IMG/VR virus record: IMGVR_UViG_2740892219_000010
Location: 15,486-79,485 of that record
Origin: a virus
Taxonomy: Duplodnaviria > Heunggongvirae > Uroviricota > Caudoviricetes
DNA: 64,000 nt
Reading direction: 5' to 3' (one strand)
The notes beneath the pieces were generated by a model that had not been told where the DNA came from, ran no database searches, and saw only the letters and a program-made list of their open reading frames with translations. Made by a program: the position numbers and the translations under genes. Shown piece after piece: positions 49,115 to 60,098 of this stretch (positions within the stretch are counted from its first letter, which is position 1; each line of letters opens with the position of its first letter).

Positions 49115-50011
49115 ATGCCTGCCGTTGACCTTTCACAGTTACCGGAACCCGCCATCATCGCGGAGCCTGATTTTGAGGCAATTCTGGCTGACACAAAGGC
49201 CATGATGATTGCGGCTTATCCGGCCGAACAGCGCGCCGCCGTCTCCGCAGCGCTGGAGCTGGAATCGGAACCCCTGAACGTTATCGCTCAAACCATGTCG
49301 TTTCGTGAAATGCTGTTACGCCAGCGGGTCAACGAGGGCGCACGCGCCTGCATGTTAAGCCACAGCGCCGGAACAGACCTGGACAACCTCGCAGGTAATA
49401 TGAACACAAAGCGCCTGGTTATCACTCCGGCAACGGATACCACCGACGCGGTGATGGAAAGCGACACCTCGCTGAGACTGCGGGCGCAGCGGGCGTACGA
49501 CGGGCTGAGCGTTGCTGGCCCGTCAGGTGCATACGAGTATTTTGCCCGCAGTGCCAGCGGTCTGGTGCGTGATGCGCGGGCTATCAGTCCCTCTCCGGCA
49601 AATGTGACAGTTTCCATCCTGTCCACTGAAGGCGACGGCACAGCAACAGAGGCATTGCTCAATACCGTTCGCACTGCTCTGAACGCGGAGGACACCCGCC
49701 CGGTGGCCGACCGCCTGACCGTACAGAGCGCCAGAATCGTGACATGGCGGCTGAATGCAAAACTGTACTTTTACCCCGGCCCGGAATCCGAACCTATTCT
49801 GGCCGCGGCGGAATCGTCGTTCAGGAAGTGGCTGTCTGAGCAGGGACTTATCGGTCAGGACGTGGCGCTGTCAGCCATTGCTGCCGCACTTCATGTGCAC
49901 GGCGTGCAACGCGTGGAGATAATCGAACCCACCCAGAATATAGCCATCAGCGACATACAGGCGGCGCGTTGTGAGTCATTCACCATCAGCGAAGGTGGGC
50001 GCAATGAGTAA
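49115..50011 (+). CDS. J: Baseplate protein gpJ-like
   Basis: 298 aa, P2 order. Confidence 0.75.
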   Translation: MPAVDLSQLPEPAIIAEPDFEAILADTKAMMIAAYPAEQRAAVSAALELESEPLNVIAQTMSFREMLLRQRVNEGARACMLSHSAGTDLDNLAGNMNTKRLVITPATDTTDAVMESDTSLRLRAQRAYDGLSVAGPSGAYEYFARSASGLVRDARAISPSPANVTVSILSTEGDGTATEALLNTVRTALNAEDTRPVADRLTVQSARIVTWRLNAKLYFYPGPESEPILAAAESSFRKWLSEQGLIGQDVALSAIAAALHVHGVQRVEIIEPTQNIAISDIQAARCESFTISEGGRNE

Positions 50012-50534
50012 TTCACTGTTACCACCATCAGCCAGCAATTTCATGCGTTGTGCCGAAGCCGTCGGAACGCGCATTACAGACATTCCGGTAGACCTCAACA
50101 CACTGTGGTCGCCGGACACATGCCCGGTGCATCTGCTGCCTTATCTCGCCTGGGCGTTTTCCGTTGACCGCTGGGACCGCAACTGGCCGGAGGAAACAAA
50201 GCGCCAGGTGATTCGCGATGCGTGGCTGATACACCGACACAAGGGGACCATCAGCGCACTGCGCCGGGCCATTGAGCCGCTGGGATACCTCATTCGCGTG
50301 TCTGAGTGGTGGGAGTTCGGCGGAGAACCGGGAACATTTACCGTTGAAGTCGGCACGCTGGACAGCGGTGTGACGGAGGAAATGTATCTGGAAATGGAGC
50401 GGTTGATTGCTGATGCCCGCCCGGTCAGCCGCCACATGACAGGACTGAATATCATTCAGGAAATCCCGGGGGATATTTTCGCAGCGGCGGCAACTTATGA
50501 CGGTGAAGTTATCACCATTTATCCAGGCGATTAA
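50004..50534 (+). CDS. I: Baseplate protein gpI-like
   Basis: ATG 50004 overlapping J stop; 176 aa. Confidence 0.7.
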   Translation: MSNSLLPPSASNFMRCAEAVGTRITDIPVDLNTLWSPDTCPVHLLPYLAWAFSVDRWDRNWPEETKRQVIRDAWLIHRHKGTISALRRAIEPLGYLIRVSEWWEFGGEPGTFTVEVGTLDSGVTEEMYLEMERLIADARPVSRHMTGLNIIQEIPGDIFAAAATYDGEVITIYPGD

Positions 50535-50536
50535 GC

Positions 50537-52990
50537 ATGAGTACCACAACACGAAAATTTAAAACCGTTATCACTGATACGGGTGCAAAAAAATTAGCAC
50601 AGGCAGCCGCACCAGATGGCAAACCCGTCCGCCTGACACATATGGCCGTGGGTGACGGCGGCGGTACTTTACCCACGCCAGACAGTAAGCAGACCCGTCT
50701 CGTGCATGAGGTGTGGCGACATACCGTTAATCGCGTCTTCCTGGACGCAACACATCAGAACCGCATTATTGCGGAGCTGGTTATTCCTCCAGAAACGGGC
50801 GGATTCTGGATCCGGGAAATTGGTGTGTTTGATGAGCACGGCGATTTAATCGCGGTGGGCAATACTGCCGAAAGTTACAAGCCAGCCGTTGCCGAAGGGT
50901 CAGGGCGTGCGCAAACATTTCGCACCATCCTGACTGTATCCAGCACTGCCACCGTGGCGCTTACTGTGGATAACACCATGGTGATGGCCACAGCGGATTA
51001 CGTGGATAACAAACTAAAAGAGCATGAACAGTCACGACGTCACCCGGATGCCTCGCTGACCGCAAAAGGTTTTACTCAGTTAAGCAGTGCGACCAGCAGC
51101 ACCTCCGAGTCACTGGCAGCAACGCCAAAGGCAGTAAAATCAGCCTATGACAATGCTGAGAAACGTCTGCAGAAAGACCAGAACGGTAACGATATTCCAG
51201 ATAAGGGCGCTTTCCTGAACAACATTAATGCGGTCAGCAAAACCGACTTTGCTGCTAAGCATGGCATGCGTTATGTGCGCGTTAATGCTCCGGCAGGTGC
51301 AACACCGGGGAAATATTACCCTGTTGTTGTTATGCGCTCTGCTGGCTCAGTAAGCGAGCTGGCATCAAGAGTAATTATTACTACCGCAACACGAACTGCG
51401 AACGATCCACTAAATAACTGTGAGTTTAATGGATTCGTTATGCCTGGCGGCTGGACTGACAGGGGGCGTTATGCCTATGGAATGTTCTGGCAATATCAAA
51501 ACAATGAACGAGCCATTCACTCAATAATGATGAGTAATAAGGGCGATGATTTGCGCTCTGTGTTCTATGTTGATGGCGCTGCTTTCCCTGTTTTTGCGTT
51601 TATCGAAGATGGTCTGTCAATATCCGTTCCGGCCGCAGATCTCGTTGTCAATGATACGACCTATAAGTTTGGAGCAATAAATCCGGCGACAGAATGTGTC
51701 GCGGCTGACGTTATCCTTGATTTTAAAAGTGGGCGCGGTTTTTATGAGTCCCATTCGTTAATCGTTAACGACAATTTGTCGTGTAAAAAACTGTTCGCAA
51801 CAGACGAAATTGTAGCGCGCGGCGGCAATCAGATTCGAATGATAGGCGGGGAATACGGTGCGTTATGGAGAAATGACGGCGCTAAAACTTACCTGCTGCT
51901 TACCAACAAAGGTGATGTTTATGGCGAGCATAATGCATTGAGAGCGTTTGCTGTTGATAACGCAACTGGTGAACTGACTGTTGGAACCAAACTGTCCGCA
52001 AGTCTGAACGGTAACGCATCGACAGCTACAAAGCTGCAAACGCCCAGACGGGTTTCTGGGGTTGAGTTTGATGGTTCCAAAGATATTACTTTAACCGCTG
52101 CGCATGTTGCTGCTTTTGCCAGAAGAGCAACGGGTACGTATGCCGATGCTGATGGGGGCGTTCCCTGGAATGCTGAATCAGGCGCTTACAATGTCACCCG
52201 CTCTGGCGACAGCTATATTCTGGTTAACTTCTATACCGGAGTCGGAAGTTGCTGCACCTTGCAGATGAAGGCGCATTACAGAAATGGAGGCCTGTTCTAC
52301 CGTTCATCAAGAGACGGCTATGGTTTTGAAGAGGATTGGGATCAGCTTTACACATCGGCACATCCTCCGACAGAGCTTTACCCTGTGGGGGCTCCAATTC
52401 CGTGGCCTTCTGATTCAGTACCTACAGGCTATGCCATTATGCAGGGGCAAAGTTTTGATAAAGGCTCTTATCCTAAACTTGCGGTTGCCTATCCGTCCGG
52501 GGTTATTCCTGATATGCGTGGCTGGACAATTAAGGGTAAACCTGCCAGTGGTCGCGCCGTATTGTCTCAGGAACAGGATGGCATTAAGTCACACACCCAC
52601 AGTGCCAGCGCATCAAATACTGACCTCGGTACTAAAACGACCAGCTCATTTGATTACGGGACAAAAACGGTAAGCACGTTTAACCACGGTACAAAAACGA
52701 CAAACAATACGGGAGCACATACGCACACTGTCGGTGGTCGCTATGGTGGTGACTCTGTTGGTGGTAAACAACGCGTACAGGTATCAGGAACCAACCAGGT
52801 GTCAAGCTCTGCCGGAGCGCACGCCCATACTGTTGATATTGGTCAGCATAATCACACGGTTGGCATTGGTGCCCATGCACACACTGTGGCATTGGGTGCG
52901 CACGGACATACCATCACGGTTAACGCTACTGGTAATGCGGAAAACACCGTAAAAAACATTGCATATAACTATATTGTGAGGCTTGCATGA
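50537..52990 (+). CDS. H: Tail fibre protein gpH-like with His-rich (GAHxH) C-terminal repeats
   Basis: 817 aa; C-terminus has repeated [35 protein letters not shown]. Confidence 0.8.
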   Translation: MSTTTRKFKTVITDTGAKKLAQAAAPDGKPVRLTHMAVGDGGGTLPTPDSKQTRLVHEVWRHTVNRVFLDATHQNRIIAELVIPPETGGFWIREIGVFDEHGDLIAVGNTAESYKPAVAEGSGRAQTFRTILTVSSTATVALTVDNTMVMATADYVDNKLKEHEQSRRHPDASLTAKGFTQLSSATSSTSESLAATPKAVKSAYDNAEKRLQKDQNGNDIPDKGAFLNNINAVSKTDFAAKHGMRYVRVNAPAGATPGKYYPVVVMRSAGSVSELASRVIITTATRTANDPLNNCEFNGFVMPGGWTDRGRYAYGMFWQYQNNERAIHSIMMSNKGDDLRSVFYVDGAAFPVFAFIEDGLSISVPAADLVVNDTTYKFGAINPATECVAADVILDFKSGRGFYESHSLIVNDNLSCKKLFATDEIVARGGNQIRMIGGEYGALWRNDGAKTYLLLTNKGDVYGEHNALRAFAVDNATGELTVGTKLSASLNGNASTATKLQTPRRVSGVEFDGSKDITLTAAHVAAFARRATGTYADADGGVPWNAESGAYNVTRSGDSYILVNFYTGVGSCCTLQMKAHYRNGGLFYRSSRDGYGFEEDWDQLYTSAHPPTELYPVGAPIPWPSDSVPTGYAIMQGQSFDKGSYPKLAVAYPSGVIPDMRGWTIKGKPASGRAVLSQEQDGIKSHTHSASASNTDLGTKTTSSFDYGTKTVSTFNHGTKTTNNTGAHTHTVGGRYGGDSVGGKQRVQVSGTNQVSSSAGAHAHTVDIGQHNHTVGIGAHAHTVALGAHGHTITVNATGNAENTVKNIAYNYIVRLA

Positions 52991-53856
52991 TTAATTTAAT
53001 TCTTTCAGCACCAGTACCTGAAATGGCTGAAGCATTTAAGCGGGTATTCGCAAATGCAGATAATGTGGATGTTGTAGAAAAACCATTTGAAGCAATCCCG
53101 GAATTTGACTGCATGGTCAGTGCGGCAAACAGTTTCGGGCTAATGGATGGCGGCGTTGACACTGCCATTACTGCATTCTTTGGTACTCAGTTACAGACAC
53201 GTGTTCAGAATCATATTCTTCGTGAATATCTTGGTGAGCAGCCTGTAGGCACTGCATTTGTTATTGAAACGGGGGATAACAACCATCCCTGGCTGGTACA
53301 TGCGCCAACAATGCGCGTTCCGCTGACCATTGACGGAACAGACGCTGTATATAACGCCACGTGGGCTGCTTTACTTGCCATCTTTCAGCACAATAAAAAT
53401 GCAACGACAGACAGGAAAATAAAGACGGTGGTATTCCCTGCAATGGGGGCCGGATGTGGTCAGGTGCCGTTTGAAAGTGTTGCCCGGCAGATGAAGCAGG
53501 CATGGGATAACTTTAATAAAAAAACAGAAGCAATTAACTGGGAATACGCACACTCCCGCCAGTTGGCAGTATTTAATACATGCGCGTACTGCCCGGGTGC
53601 TCCTGTTTGTCGTTATGCGGATATTAAATATATTGGACTTGGCGATTACCGAACGTATTGCTTACGGTCGGGGCAGGTATGCATTAATCCTGAACATCAG
53701 GTTGATGACGTGCTGACTAATAATCGTTCTCGCCCGGGGGCACATATGCATCAGATTAATCCGATAAAATCCGTAGGTAATATTGCCATTGGCGCACACA
53801 GCCACGGAAGGAATATCACCATTGGTGCTCATTCCCATACCCCACATAAACAATAA
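52987..53856 (+). CDS. Macro-domain protein with Cys-rich segment and tail-fibre-like GAHxH C-terminus
   Basis: 289 aa; [26 protein letters not shown] and [14 protein letters not shown] match macro-domain signatures (cf. YmdB); C-terminal GAHMHQ, GAHSHG, GAHSHT repeats; ATGA-coupled to H. Confidence 0.65.
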   Translation: MINLILSAPVPEMAEAFKRVFANADNVDVVEKPFEAIPEFDCMVSAANSFGLMDGGVDTAITAFFGTQLQTRVQNHILREYLGEQPVGTAFVIETGDNNHPWLVHAPTMRVPLTIDGTDAVYNATWAALLAIFQHNKNATTDRKIKTVVFPAMGAGCGQVPFESVARQMKQAWDNFNKKTEAINWEYAHSRQLAVFNTCAYCPGAPVCRYADIKYIGLGDYRTYCLRSGQVCINPEHQVDDVLTNNRSRPGAHMHQINPIKSVGNIAIGAHSHGRNITIGAHSHTPHKQ

Positions 53857-53880
53857 TTCTTTCTCTGATTAGAGGTGAAA

Positions 53881-54456
53881 ATGACTTTCAGAATGAGTGC
53901 TGAAGCACAAACCATTCGCGTATTTAATTATCTCGATGGTACAAATGAATTTATTGGAGAAGGTGACGCATATATTCCACCGCATACAGGTCTGCCTGCA
54001 AACAGCACAGATATTGCGCCTCCTGATATTCCAGCGGGTTTTGCCGCCGTTTTCAATGCAGATGAAATGAAATGGGAACTGATGGAAGACCATCGCGGAA
54101 AGACTGTCTATGAAACAAAAACAGGAGCAGCCATTTATATTTCTGAACTTGGCGCATTACCATCTGATGTAACAACAATTTCCCCGACCGGCAACTATCA
54201 GAAATGGAACGGGAATGCGTGGGTGGACGATGAGAGCGCAGAACGTGATGCGCTTGTCAGGGCAGCAGAGTCCCGGAAGAAAGAGCAGATTGCATATGCA
54301 GGTGAAATTATTGCCACTCTGCAGGATGCTGTCGATTTGGATATGGCTACAGAAGAAGAGAAATTAAGTCTGACAAAATGGAAAAAATATCGGGTATTAC
54401 TTAACCGCGTTCAGCCAGAAAATGCCCCTGATATAGAGTGGCCAGAATTAGTGTAA
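53881..54456 (+). CDS. G: Tail fibre assembly chaperone gpG-like
   Basis: ATG 53881 with RBS; C-terminus [34 protein letters not shown] parallels recalled P2 G. Confidence 0.75.
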   Translation: MTFRMSAEAQTIRVFNYLDGTNEFIGEGDAYIPPHTGLPANSTDIAPPDIPAGFAAVFNADEMKWELMEDHRGKTVYETKTGAAIYISELGALPSDVTTISPTGNYQKWNGNAWVDDESAERDALVRAAESRKKEQIAYAGEIIATLQDAVDLDMATEEEKLSLTKWKKYRVLLNRVQPENAPDIEWPELV

Positions 54457-54476
54457 AAGTAAGGTGATTTAAGGAG

Positions 54477-54509
54477 CAAAACCGCCAATATATTTATTAG
54501 CGGTTTTTT
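54477..54509. terminator. Putative bidirectional terminator between convergent G and U
   Basis: aaaaccgc...gcggtttttt hairpin with flanking A and T runs. Confidence 0.45.
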
Positions 54510-54526
54510 CGTTAAATCAGAGCAGC

Positions 54527-55015
54527 TCAGAACAGCCCTTTAATCGAACTGGTCGCGCTGTTAAGGGATGATGTCACCTTATCTTTGAAGCCTGACAGCA
54601 TATCGCTGAACGATGAGGATTGCAGGCGTTCCCGCAAATCCTCATCACAGCGTTCAAGGGTCAGGGAAAACTCTATCTTTTTCGCTTTCCCGTAGCGATC
54701 CAGTTCAGAGCGGGTCGTGCTCGTTTCGGTCAGAACATACATGCCGTAAATCTGCCCGACGCCATCAATCAGAGGCCACGGGCGTCCCGCATACGCCTGC
54801 GTGGTCAGCAGCGACAGCGACACTTCGCCGCCTGTAATCTCAGGATAAAGCACGCCGGAAAGAACGATGCGATCATCACCTGCACCGATATACTGCCAGC
54901 TTGCTGAACGGTTAACGCGCTCGTTTTTCACATGTCGCCAGCTTTTGTTTTGCTGTAACTGCTGATGCGGTAATGTGCGCAATTCAAAAACAAACATGCC
55001 GTAGATCATCATCAT
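54527..55015 (-). CDS. U: Tail protein gpU-like
   Basis: 162 aa; MMMIYGMFVFEL..KSWRH..GVLYPEITGG parallels recalled P2 U. Confidence 0.75.
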   Translation of the reverse strand: MMMIYGMFVFELRTLPHQQLQQNKSWRHVKNERVNRSASWQYIGAGDDRIVLSGVLYPEITGGEVSLSLLTTQAYAGRPWPLIDGVGQIYGMYVLTETSTTRSELDRYGKAKKIEFSLTLERCDEDLRERLQSSSFSDMLSGFKDKVTSSLNSATSSIKGLF

Positions 55016-55026
55016 GGCACGACTCC

Positions 55027-57864
55027 TTACTCTTTATCATAAAAGCTGCCACGCCCGGCACGGGTACGCCGCTCCAGTTCTGCCCTGACCATTTCGCCGA
55101 CCAGTTTCGCCAGTTCGCGGGGATTCTGCGTAACAACGTTATGCAGATGGACATGAATTTCACCACCAAATCCGGGGGTCGCAGCCTCCCGGCTGCGGGA
55201 AGATGCGGAAACGGGCGCAACTGGCGCACGTGCGGCCTCCACGACCGGACGGGAGCTTGCTGCAACAACAGGGGGCAGCGCCGGAGATAACGGAGCCGGG
55301 GGCGCGGGAGTGATATTGATTGCAGGAAGAGCCTTGTTGCTCTGCGCAACCTTTCGCTCCTGCCACTCCCCACGAACAGCAAGCGCACGGGGCAGGTTCT
55401 TAAAGACAATATCACCGGGGCCGATACGCTTTTTCGTCTCATCAACCAGCTTGCCTGTGTTATCTGCAATTTTGCTGAGCCTGCGCAGCGTGCCAGTGTT
55501 GTTGTCCGTGAGCGGCTTGTTGTCTTTAGGCTTATCGCCTCCGGTCCCTGTTTCCGCAGATTTCGGCGGATTGATTTTTGCCAGGTCCCCCTGAAGCAAA
55601 GCAACCTTGTCCTGAAGAATGGCCGCACGCTGCGCGTCTTCGATTTTCTTTCTCGCCCTTTCCGCTTCATCTGGAAGGACGCCAAGTTTTTCCAGTATCC
55701 ATGCCAGCGTATCCAGCAGCATTTTTGCAGGCGTCAGGACAAGCTGTAACGCACCGCCAAGAACGTTGCCGAACACCTCGCCAGCACTGGTGCATTTATC
55801 CAGCGTTTCCTTGCTGGATTCCATCGGTGACAGCAGCGATGTAAACCAGTTAAAGACCTGAATCACGCCATCACGAACCAGTTCGAAAACAGGGCCAAAC
55901 CGTTCAAAGGTTTCGCGTAACGGGGCCAGCCGCTCCATAATCCCGCTGAACACCCCGGCAAAAAATGCCCTGATTGGGTCCCAGTATTTCCAGATGAGAA
56001 CGGCAGCTCCGGCAAGCGCAGCTACGATAAGACCGACCGGGCTGAACAACGCCCCGATAGCGCCTCCCAGTAAAGAGACGGAACCCGCCACCATTCCCCA
56101 CAGCGCTGGCAGGACCCTGACAGCATTCATTGATCCGGTCAGGAGGGAAAAACCAAGACGCAGTTTTGCCAGCGGGCCAGCAAGCACCCCAAGAGCCAGT
56201 GACAACGAGCCAACCGTTGCAGTCATTGCCAGCAGCGCACCGCCTGCAATCAGTAGCTGGCGCGTCAGTGCCGGATGGGCCTGCGCCAGCTCCGTCACCT
56301 TTGAGACCACCCGAGTGAGCCACTGCGTGACAGAGCGCAGCGGACCGTCAATCAGATCCGCAATGCGGATACGCAGCCCCTCCCATGCACTGCCGAGTGA
56401 TTTCAGGTCGCCATCAAGGTTATTGGCCATAACCTTTGCCGTGCGTTCAGCCTCACCGCGTGCGCCTTCAAGTTCTTTTCTCAGTTTGGGCAGAGAACCG
56501 TCACCTGCCGCATCAACGAGGGCCATAAATGACGTGAAGGCCTCTTCTCCGGCTATGTCCTTAAAGAACGATACCCGGTCAACTTCCCCGTATTTGCGGG
56601 TGGCTTTATAAAGGTCGGCCAGCACATCCTCCATCGGGCGCATTTTGCCGTTCGCATCAGAGACAGCCACACCAAGCTCTTTCAGCGCCTCTGCTGCCGC
56701 CTTTGGCGGTGATGCCAGACGAGCAAGGCTGGCACGCATTGCCGTCCCGGCATCACTCCCTCTGATACCCATATTCGCCAGCACGCCCGCCATCGCTGCG
56801 GCCTGCTCCAGCGATATTCCCAGCTTACCCGCCACCGGACCTGCATATTTCATGGTTTCGCCCAGCGCGCGAAGGTCGGTGTTAGTACGGGTAAACGCCG
56901 CAGTAAGTGTGTCGCCGACCCGGTCCATCTGGTCAGCAGAGAGGCCGAACTGCGTCAGGATATTTGAGCCAATATCCGCCGTCTCGCCAAGGTCCATACC
57001 GCCAGCCGTTGCCATGCTCAGCACGCCGGGAAGCGCAGCCTGAATGGCTTCTGGTGTGAAGCCAGCCATAGCAAGAAATGCCTGCCCACTGGCGGCATCA
57101 CTCGCAGTAAACTGCGTTTCAGAGCCGAGCTTTAGCGCCTGCTCACGCAGCGCCTTAAACTGCGGGCTGTTCTGGTCAATTCGCGTCAGCGCCTGCACAC
57201 GGGACATCTCTTTCCCGAATCCGATAGCGGGCTGCAAAAAACGCCCGGCAGCATAGCCGCCAGCCGCTGCCGCACCAGTTGCCAGCGCACCACCCGTTTT
57301 CAGTTTTCCCGCTGTTTCCTGCGCGCGTGAATACTGCTCACGCGCCCGCGTTACACGCGCAAGCGCCTGTCGTTCGCGTTCAAGCTGGTTGTTGTACTGT
57401 TCGGTGCGTCTGATGGCCTGCTGGATGGTGTTATCGCTGCCTGTCAGGGAAATACCGTGGCGTTTAAGCTCTCCGCCAAGCTCCCGCATTTTCTGAATTT
57501 CCCGCGTGCGCGATTCATTCAGGCGTTCAAGCCGGGTGCTTAAATGCTGCATCAGCCTTTGTTGTTTTTCGCTGAGCACAGTACCCGTGCGTTGTAACTG
57601 ATGAAGGGCGTTAAGCTGGCGTCGTGCTTTCACGATGCCAGCATCCGCTTTACTGACAGCATCGCGGGCGCGCTCAAATGAACGCGCCTGACGCTCGAGA
57701 TTTTTGATCGCCCCCTGCGTTCGCTGGATGGAGTCACCAAGCTGTCCCATCAGGCGGCGGGCGTTTTCGGCTGGCCGGGTCAGCCTGTCAACAGCACTGA
57801 AGGCGACCCGAATGTCAAGAGTCTTCATCGTCTGCATTCCCACTGCGAAGTGCCGCCCGCTCAC
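55027..57864 (-). CDS. T: Tail tape measure protein gpT-like
   Basis: 945 aa, Ala/Gly-rich with long helical segments, P2 position. Confidence 0.8.
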   Translation of the reverse strand: MSGRHFAVGMQTMKTLDIRVAFSAVDRLTRPAENARRLMGQLGDSIQRTQGAIKNLERQARSFERARDAVSKADAGIVKARRQLNALHQLQRTGTVLSEKQQRLMQHLSTRLERLNESRTREIQKMRELGGELKRHGISLTGSDNTIQQAIRRTEQYNNQLERERQALARVTRAREQYSRAQETAGKLKTGGALATGAAAAGGYAAGRFLQPAIGFGKEMSRVQALTRIDQNSPQFKALREQALKLGSETQFTASDAASGQAFLAMAGFTPEAIQAALPGVLSMATAGGMDLGETADIGSNILTQFGLSADQMDRVGDTLTAAFTRTNTDLRALGETMKYAGPVAGKLGISLEQAAAMAGVLANMGIRGSDAGTAMRASLARLASPPKAAAEALKELGVAVSDANGKMRPMEDVLADLYKATRKYGEVDRVSFFKDIAGEEAFTSFMALVDAAGDGSLPKLRKELEGARGEAERTAKVMANNLDGDLKSLGSAWEGLRIRIADLIDGPLRSVTQWLTRVVSKVTELAQAHPALTRQLLIAGGALLAMTATVGSLSLALGVLAGPLAKLRLGFSLLTGSMNAVRVLPALWGMVAGSVSLLGGAIGALFSPVGLIVAALAGAAVLIWKYWDPIRAFFAGVFSGIMERLAPLRETFERFGPVFELVRDGVIQVFNWFTSLLSPMESSKETLDKCTSAGEVFGNVLGGALQLVLTPAKMLLDTLAWILEKLGVLPDEAERARKKIEDAQRAAILQDKVALLQGDLAKINPPKSAETGTGGDKPKDNKPLTDNNTGTLRRLSKIADNTGKLVDETKKRIGPGDIVFKNLPRALAVRGEWQERKVAQSNKALPAINITPAPPAPLSPALPPVVAASSRPVVEAARAPVAPVSASSRSREAATPGFGGEIHVHLHNVVTQNPRELAKLVGEMVRAELERRTRAGRGSFYDKE

Positions 57865-58347
57865 GCCAGCTAACCACTTCGCCGGGCGTCATCATGAAGA
57901 TTTCGGCGGGCGACCAGTTAAAAATAACGGCAATATCTGCCACAAAGTCTTCTATGTGCTCAAAGCACACAACCGTGATCAGGCTTCCGTCGCCTGTTCG
58001 TTCTTCCCGCCAGAGTCCGCACCGCTCAAAAAATTTACGGCAACCACACATAACTGAATAAAGTCACGGGATGCCATTTTTTTGATCGTCACTTCATCCA
58101 GTCGCGGTGATGTCACGCGTGACAACAGCGTAAACATGGATTCCGCTTTCAGATTCAGCACATCAGACAGCGACAGACCACGCAGGGATCCAGCCTGCTC
58201 AATAGCCCCGGTGATCTCCACATACGTGATTTTTTCGTCGCCTCGCTCAATTGGCTGGGTAAGTTTTACGCCGCGCTCGCTGGTTTCTTTCGCAGTATCA
58301 GCAACCACCACAGCGTTTTCAGTATCGGTATTTTTCGTCTCTTTCAT
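57815..58347 (-). CDS. Tail assembly chaperone fusion E+E-prime (programmed -1 frameshift)
   Basis: E frame (57979-58347) and overlapping E-prime frame (57815-58051) joined at a TTTTTTG slippery heptamer (minus strand, plus coordinates 58027-58033). Confidence 0.6.
57979..58347 (-). CDS. E: Tail assembly chaperone gpE-like
   Basis: 122 aa ORF between tail tube and tape measure. Confidence 0.65.
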   Translation of the reverse strand: MKETKNTDTENAVVVADTAKETSERGVKLTQPIERGDEKITYVEITGAIEQAGSLRGLSLSDVLNLKAESMFTLLSRVTSPRLDEVTIKKMASRDFIQLCVVAVNFLSGADSGGKNEQATEA

Positions 58348-58401
58348 CAGAAAACTCCTTTCAGTCAGAGGCGACGCACTGCGCCGCCTGCATATTACTT
58401 A

Positions 58402-58914
58402 TCAGCCGAGCCCGAGCGCGGAGCGGATGCGGTCGGGTACAATGTCCTTGCCATCCTTCCGGTAGATGTGGTTCACCAGGTCAATTTCCCACACCGGACG
58501 ATCGTTAATACTCAGCTTGTAGTAGGTGTTTTTGACAGCGTAAGTGTGTGACGTGGCTTCGCCCTGTTTGGCCTCCCCCATATCAATTTCCGTCACACGC
58601 CCGCGCATCTCGATTTCATACAGGTCGCTTTCTGCATCGGTGTAGTATTCACCCGCAAAACGCAGCAGCGTGCCGTCCATTGTTCCGCCATATTTAAGGA
58701 ACAGCGCACGAACGGCGCCACCCATGACAAAACTCGCATCAAGCGCGGAATCGTCCAGGCCGAGGTCGATACTCACCGCTCCCAGCATGCCACCACCACG
58801 ATAGCTGTCGGTTTTACGCGTCAGTTTAGGCGGGGTGACAGACGTCACCTTACCCACTTCATTTTCACCATCCACAAACAGCGTAAAAAAACGAAGATGT
58901 TTTGGTACGGCCAT
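58402..58914 (-). CDS. FII: Tail tube protein gpFII-like
   Basis: 170 aa, downstream of sheath. Confidence 0.8.
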   Translation of the reverse strand: MAVPKHLRFFTLFVDGENEVGKVTSVTPPKLTRKTDSYRGGGMLGAVSIDLGLDDSALDASFVMGGAVRALFLKYGGTMDGTLLRFAGEYYTDAESDLYEIEMRGRVTEIDMGEAKQGEATSHTYAVKNTYYKLSINDRPVWEIDLVNHIYRKDGKDIVPDRIRSALGLG

Positions 58915-60098
58915 TAAGCACCTCCAAGCACTGCAAATGCAGGACCAAAGAACTCATCAGTGAACGCCTGGTAAAGCTCCATATCTTCCAGCGGAGGAAC
59001 GGGCGTATATTTATAGCGAATACGCACGCGCCCCTGTCGTAATTCTGTGGTGCTGTTATCCACGATGTCATACCAGCACGATGCGCCAATCAGTTTCCCG
59101 GCAGTAACCAGCGAATCCAGTTTTGCCCTGATGGCACTGATGACGTCCTTCACGTTCGCGGGCGTCAGTGGACTGTCGATGGTTTCAAACTGCGCTTCCG
59201 CAATTGAATCAGCCAGCACCTGTGCGGTTCGGGTATACACCTCAAAGATGTAGGCATTCGTTTCCGGTGTGCGGTTGCCCCAGAAGCGGAACCCGTTGCG
59301 GCGAATGATGGTTGTGATTTCTTTGTTGTTGAGGCTGTTGGCATCGCTGTCAGCAGCCTGCAACGACCAGAACACATGCCTGGACATCCCCAGCACATTT
59401 TTGACCGGAACGTTGGACAGCGATTTGTGCCAGCCCTGCTCATGGTCAATGTACGCACGAAGGCCGCACGCATAGGCTGGCGCGGGGAAAACCTCATTCT
59501 CGCCACTTTTCGGGTTGTAAGCGATGAAGTCCGGCCACAGGAGCATCAGCTCGCGTTCGTTGAATTTTTCACGGTATGCAATGGCTTCAGCCATCGTGTT
59601 ACAGCCATGACAGGAGGCATACACAAACGCGCGCAGTTTACCTGCAATCACGCACAGGGATTTTGTCACCGCCTCCGTGTCCAGCCCCGGCGCGGCCAGA
59701 ATACGCGGACGGTATCCGATGCTTTCATCCTGCTCTGCAACAAGCAGCGCATACATCCCCGTATAGCTGCCGTCGGATTCAGAACCACCGATAACCAGTT
59801 GATCCTGTGTTTTTCCGTCTTCTTCTTTGTGTTCAGCCACGCGAACGACGATCACCTTTGTGCTCACCTGGTCTGCAATGGGTTTCAGCGCACGGTACAG
59901 CGTCCCCGTTGTCCCGCATTTTCCCAGCACGTCATTGACGCGGGTCACTAATGCAGGCTTGTTCAGCGGGAACAGCTTCGCGTCCGCATCGTCCGCCGTT
60001 GCCACGATACCGATAACGCTGGAATCAACGTCGTTAATTGCTGTTACCAGGTCGGTACTTTCCGTAACGCGGGCGCCATGAAAGCGAGTTTCACTCAT
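58914..60098 (-). CDS. FI: Tail sheath protein gpFI-like
   Basis: Start at internal ATG 60098 (MSETRFHGA) by alignment to recalled P2 FI (GFRFWGNRT, YTRTAQV, YTPVPPLE); 394 aa. Confidence 0.85.
   Translation of the reverse strand: MSETRFHGARVTESTDLVTAINDVDSSVIGIVATADDADAKLFPLNKPALVTRVNDVLGKCGTTGTLYRALKPIADQVSTKVIVVRVAEHKEEDGKTQDQLVIGGSESDGSYTGMYALLVAEQDESIGYRPRILAAPGLDTEAVTKSLCVIAGKLRAFVYASCHGCNTMAEAIAYREKFNERELMLLWPDFIAYNPKSGENEVFPAPAYACGLRAYIDHEQGWHKSLSNVPVKNVLGMSRHVFWSLQAADSDANSLNNKEITTIIRRNGFRFWGNRTPETNAYIFEVYTRTAQVLADSIAEAQFETIDSPLTPANVKDVISAIRAKLDSLVTAGKLIGASCWYDIVDNSTTELRQGRVRIRYKYTPVPPLEDMELYQAFTDEFFGPAFAVLGGA

Noticed and set aside
50537-54456. Invertible host-range segment (Gin/Cin-type) involving H, the macro gene and G
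   Set aside because: All three genes are co-directional, no invertase gene is nearby and no flanking inverted repeats were seen.
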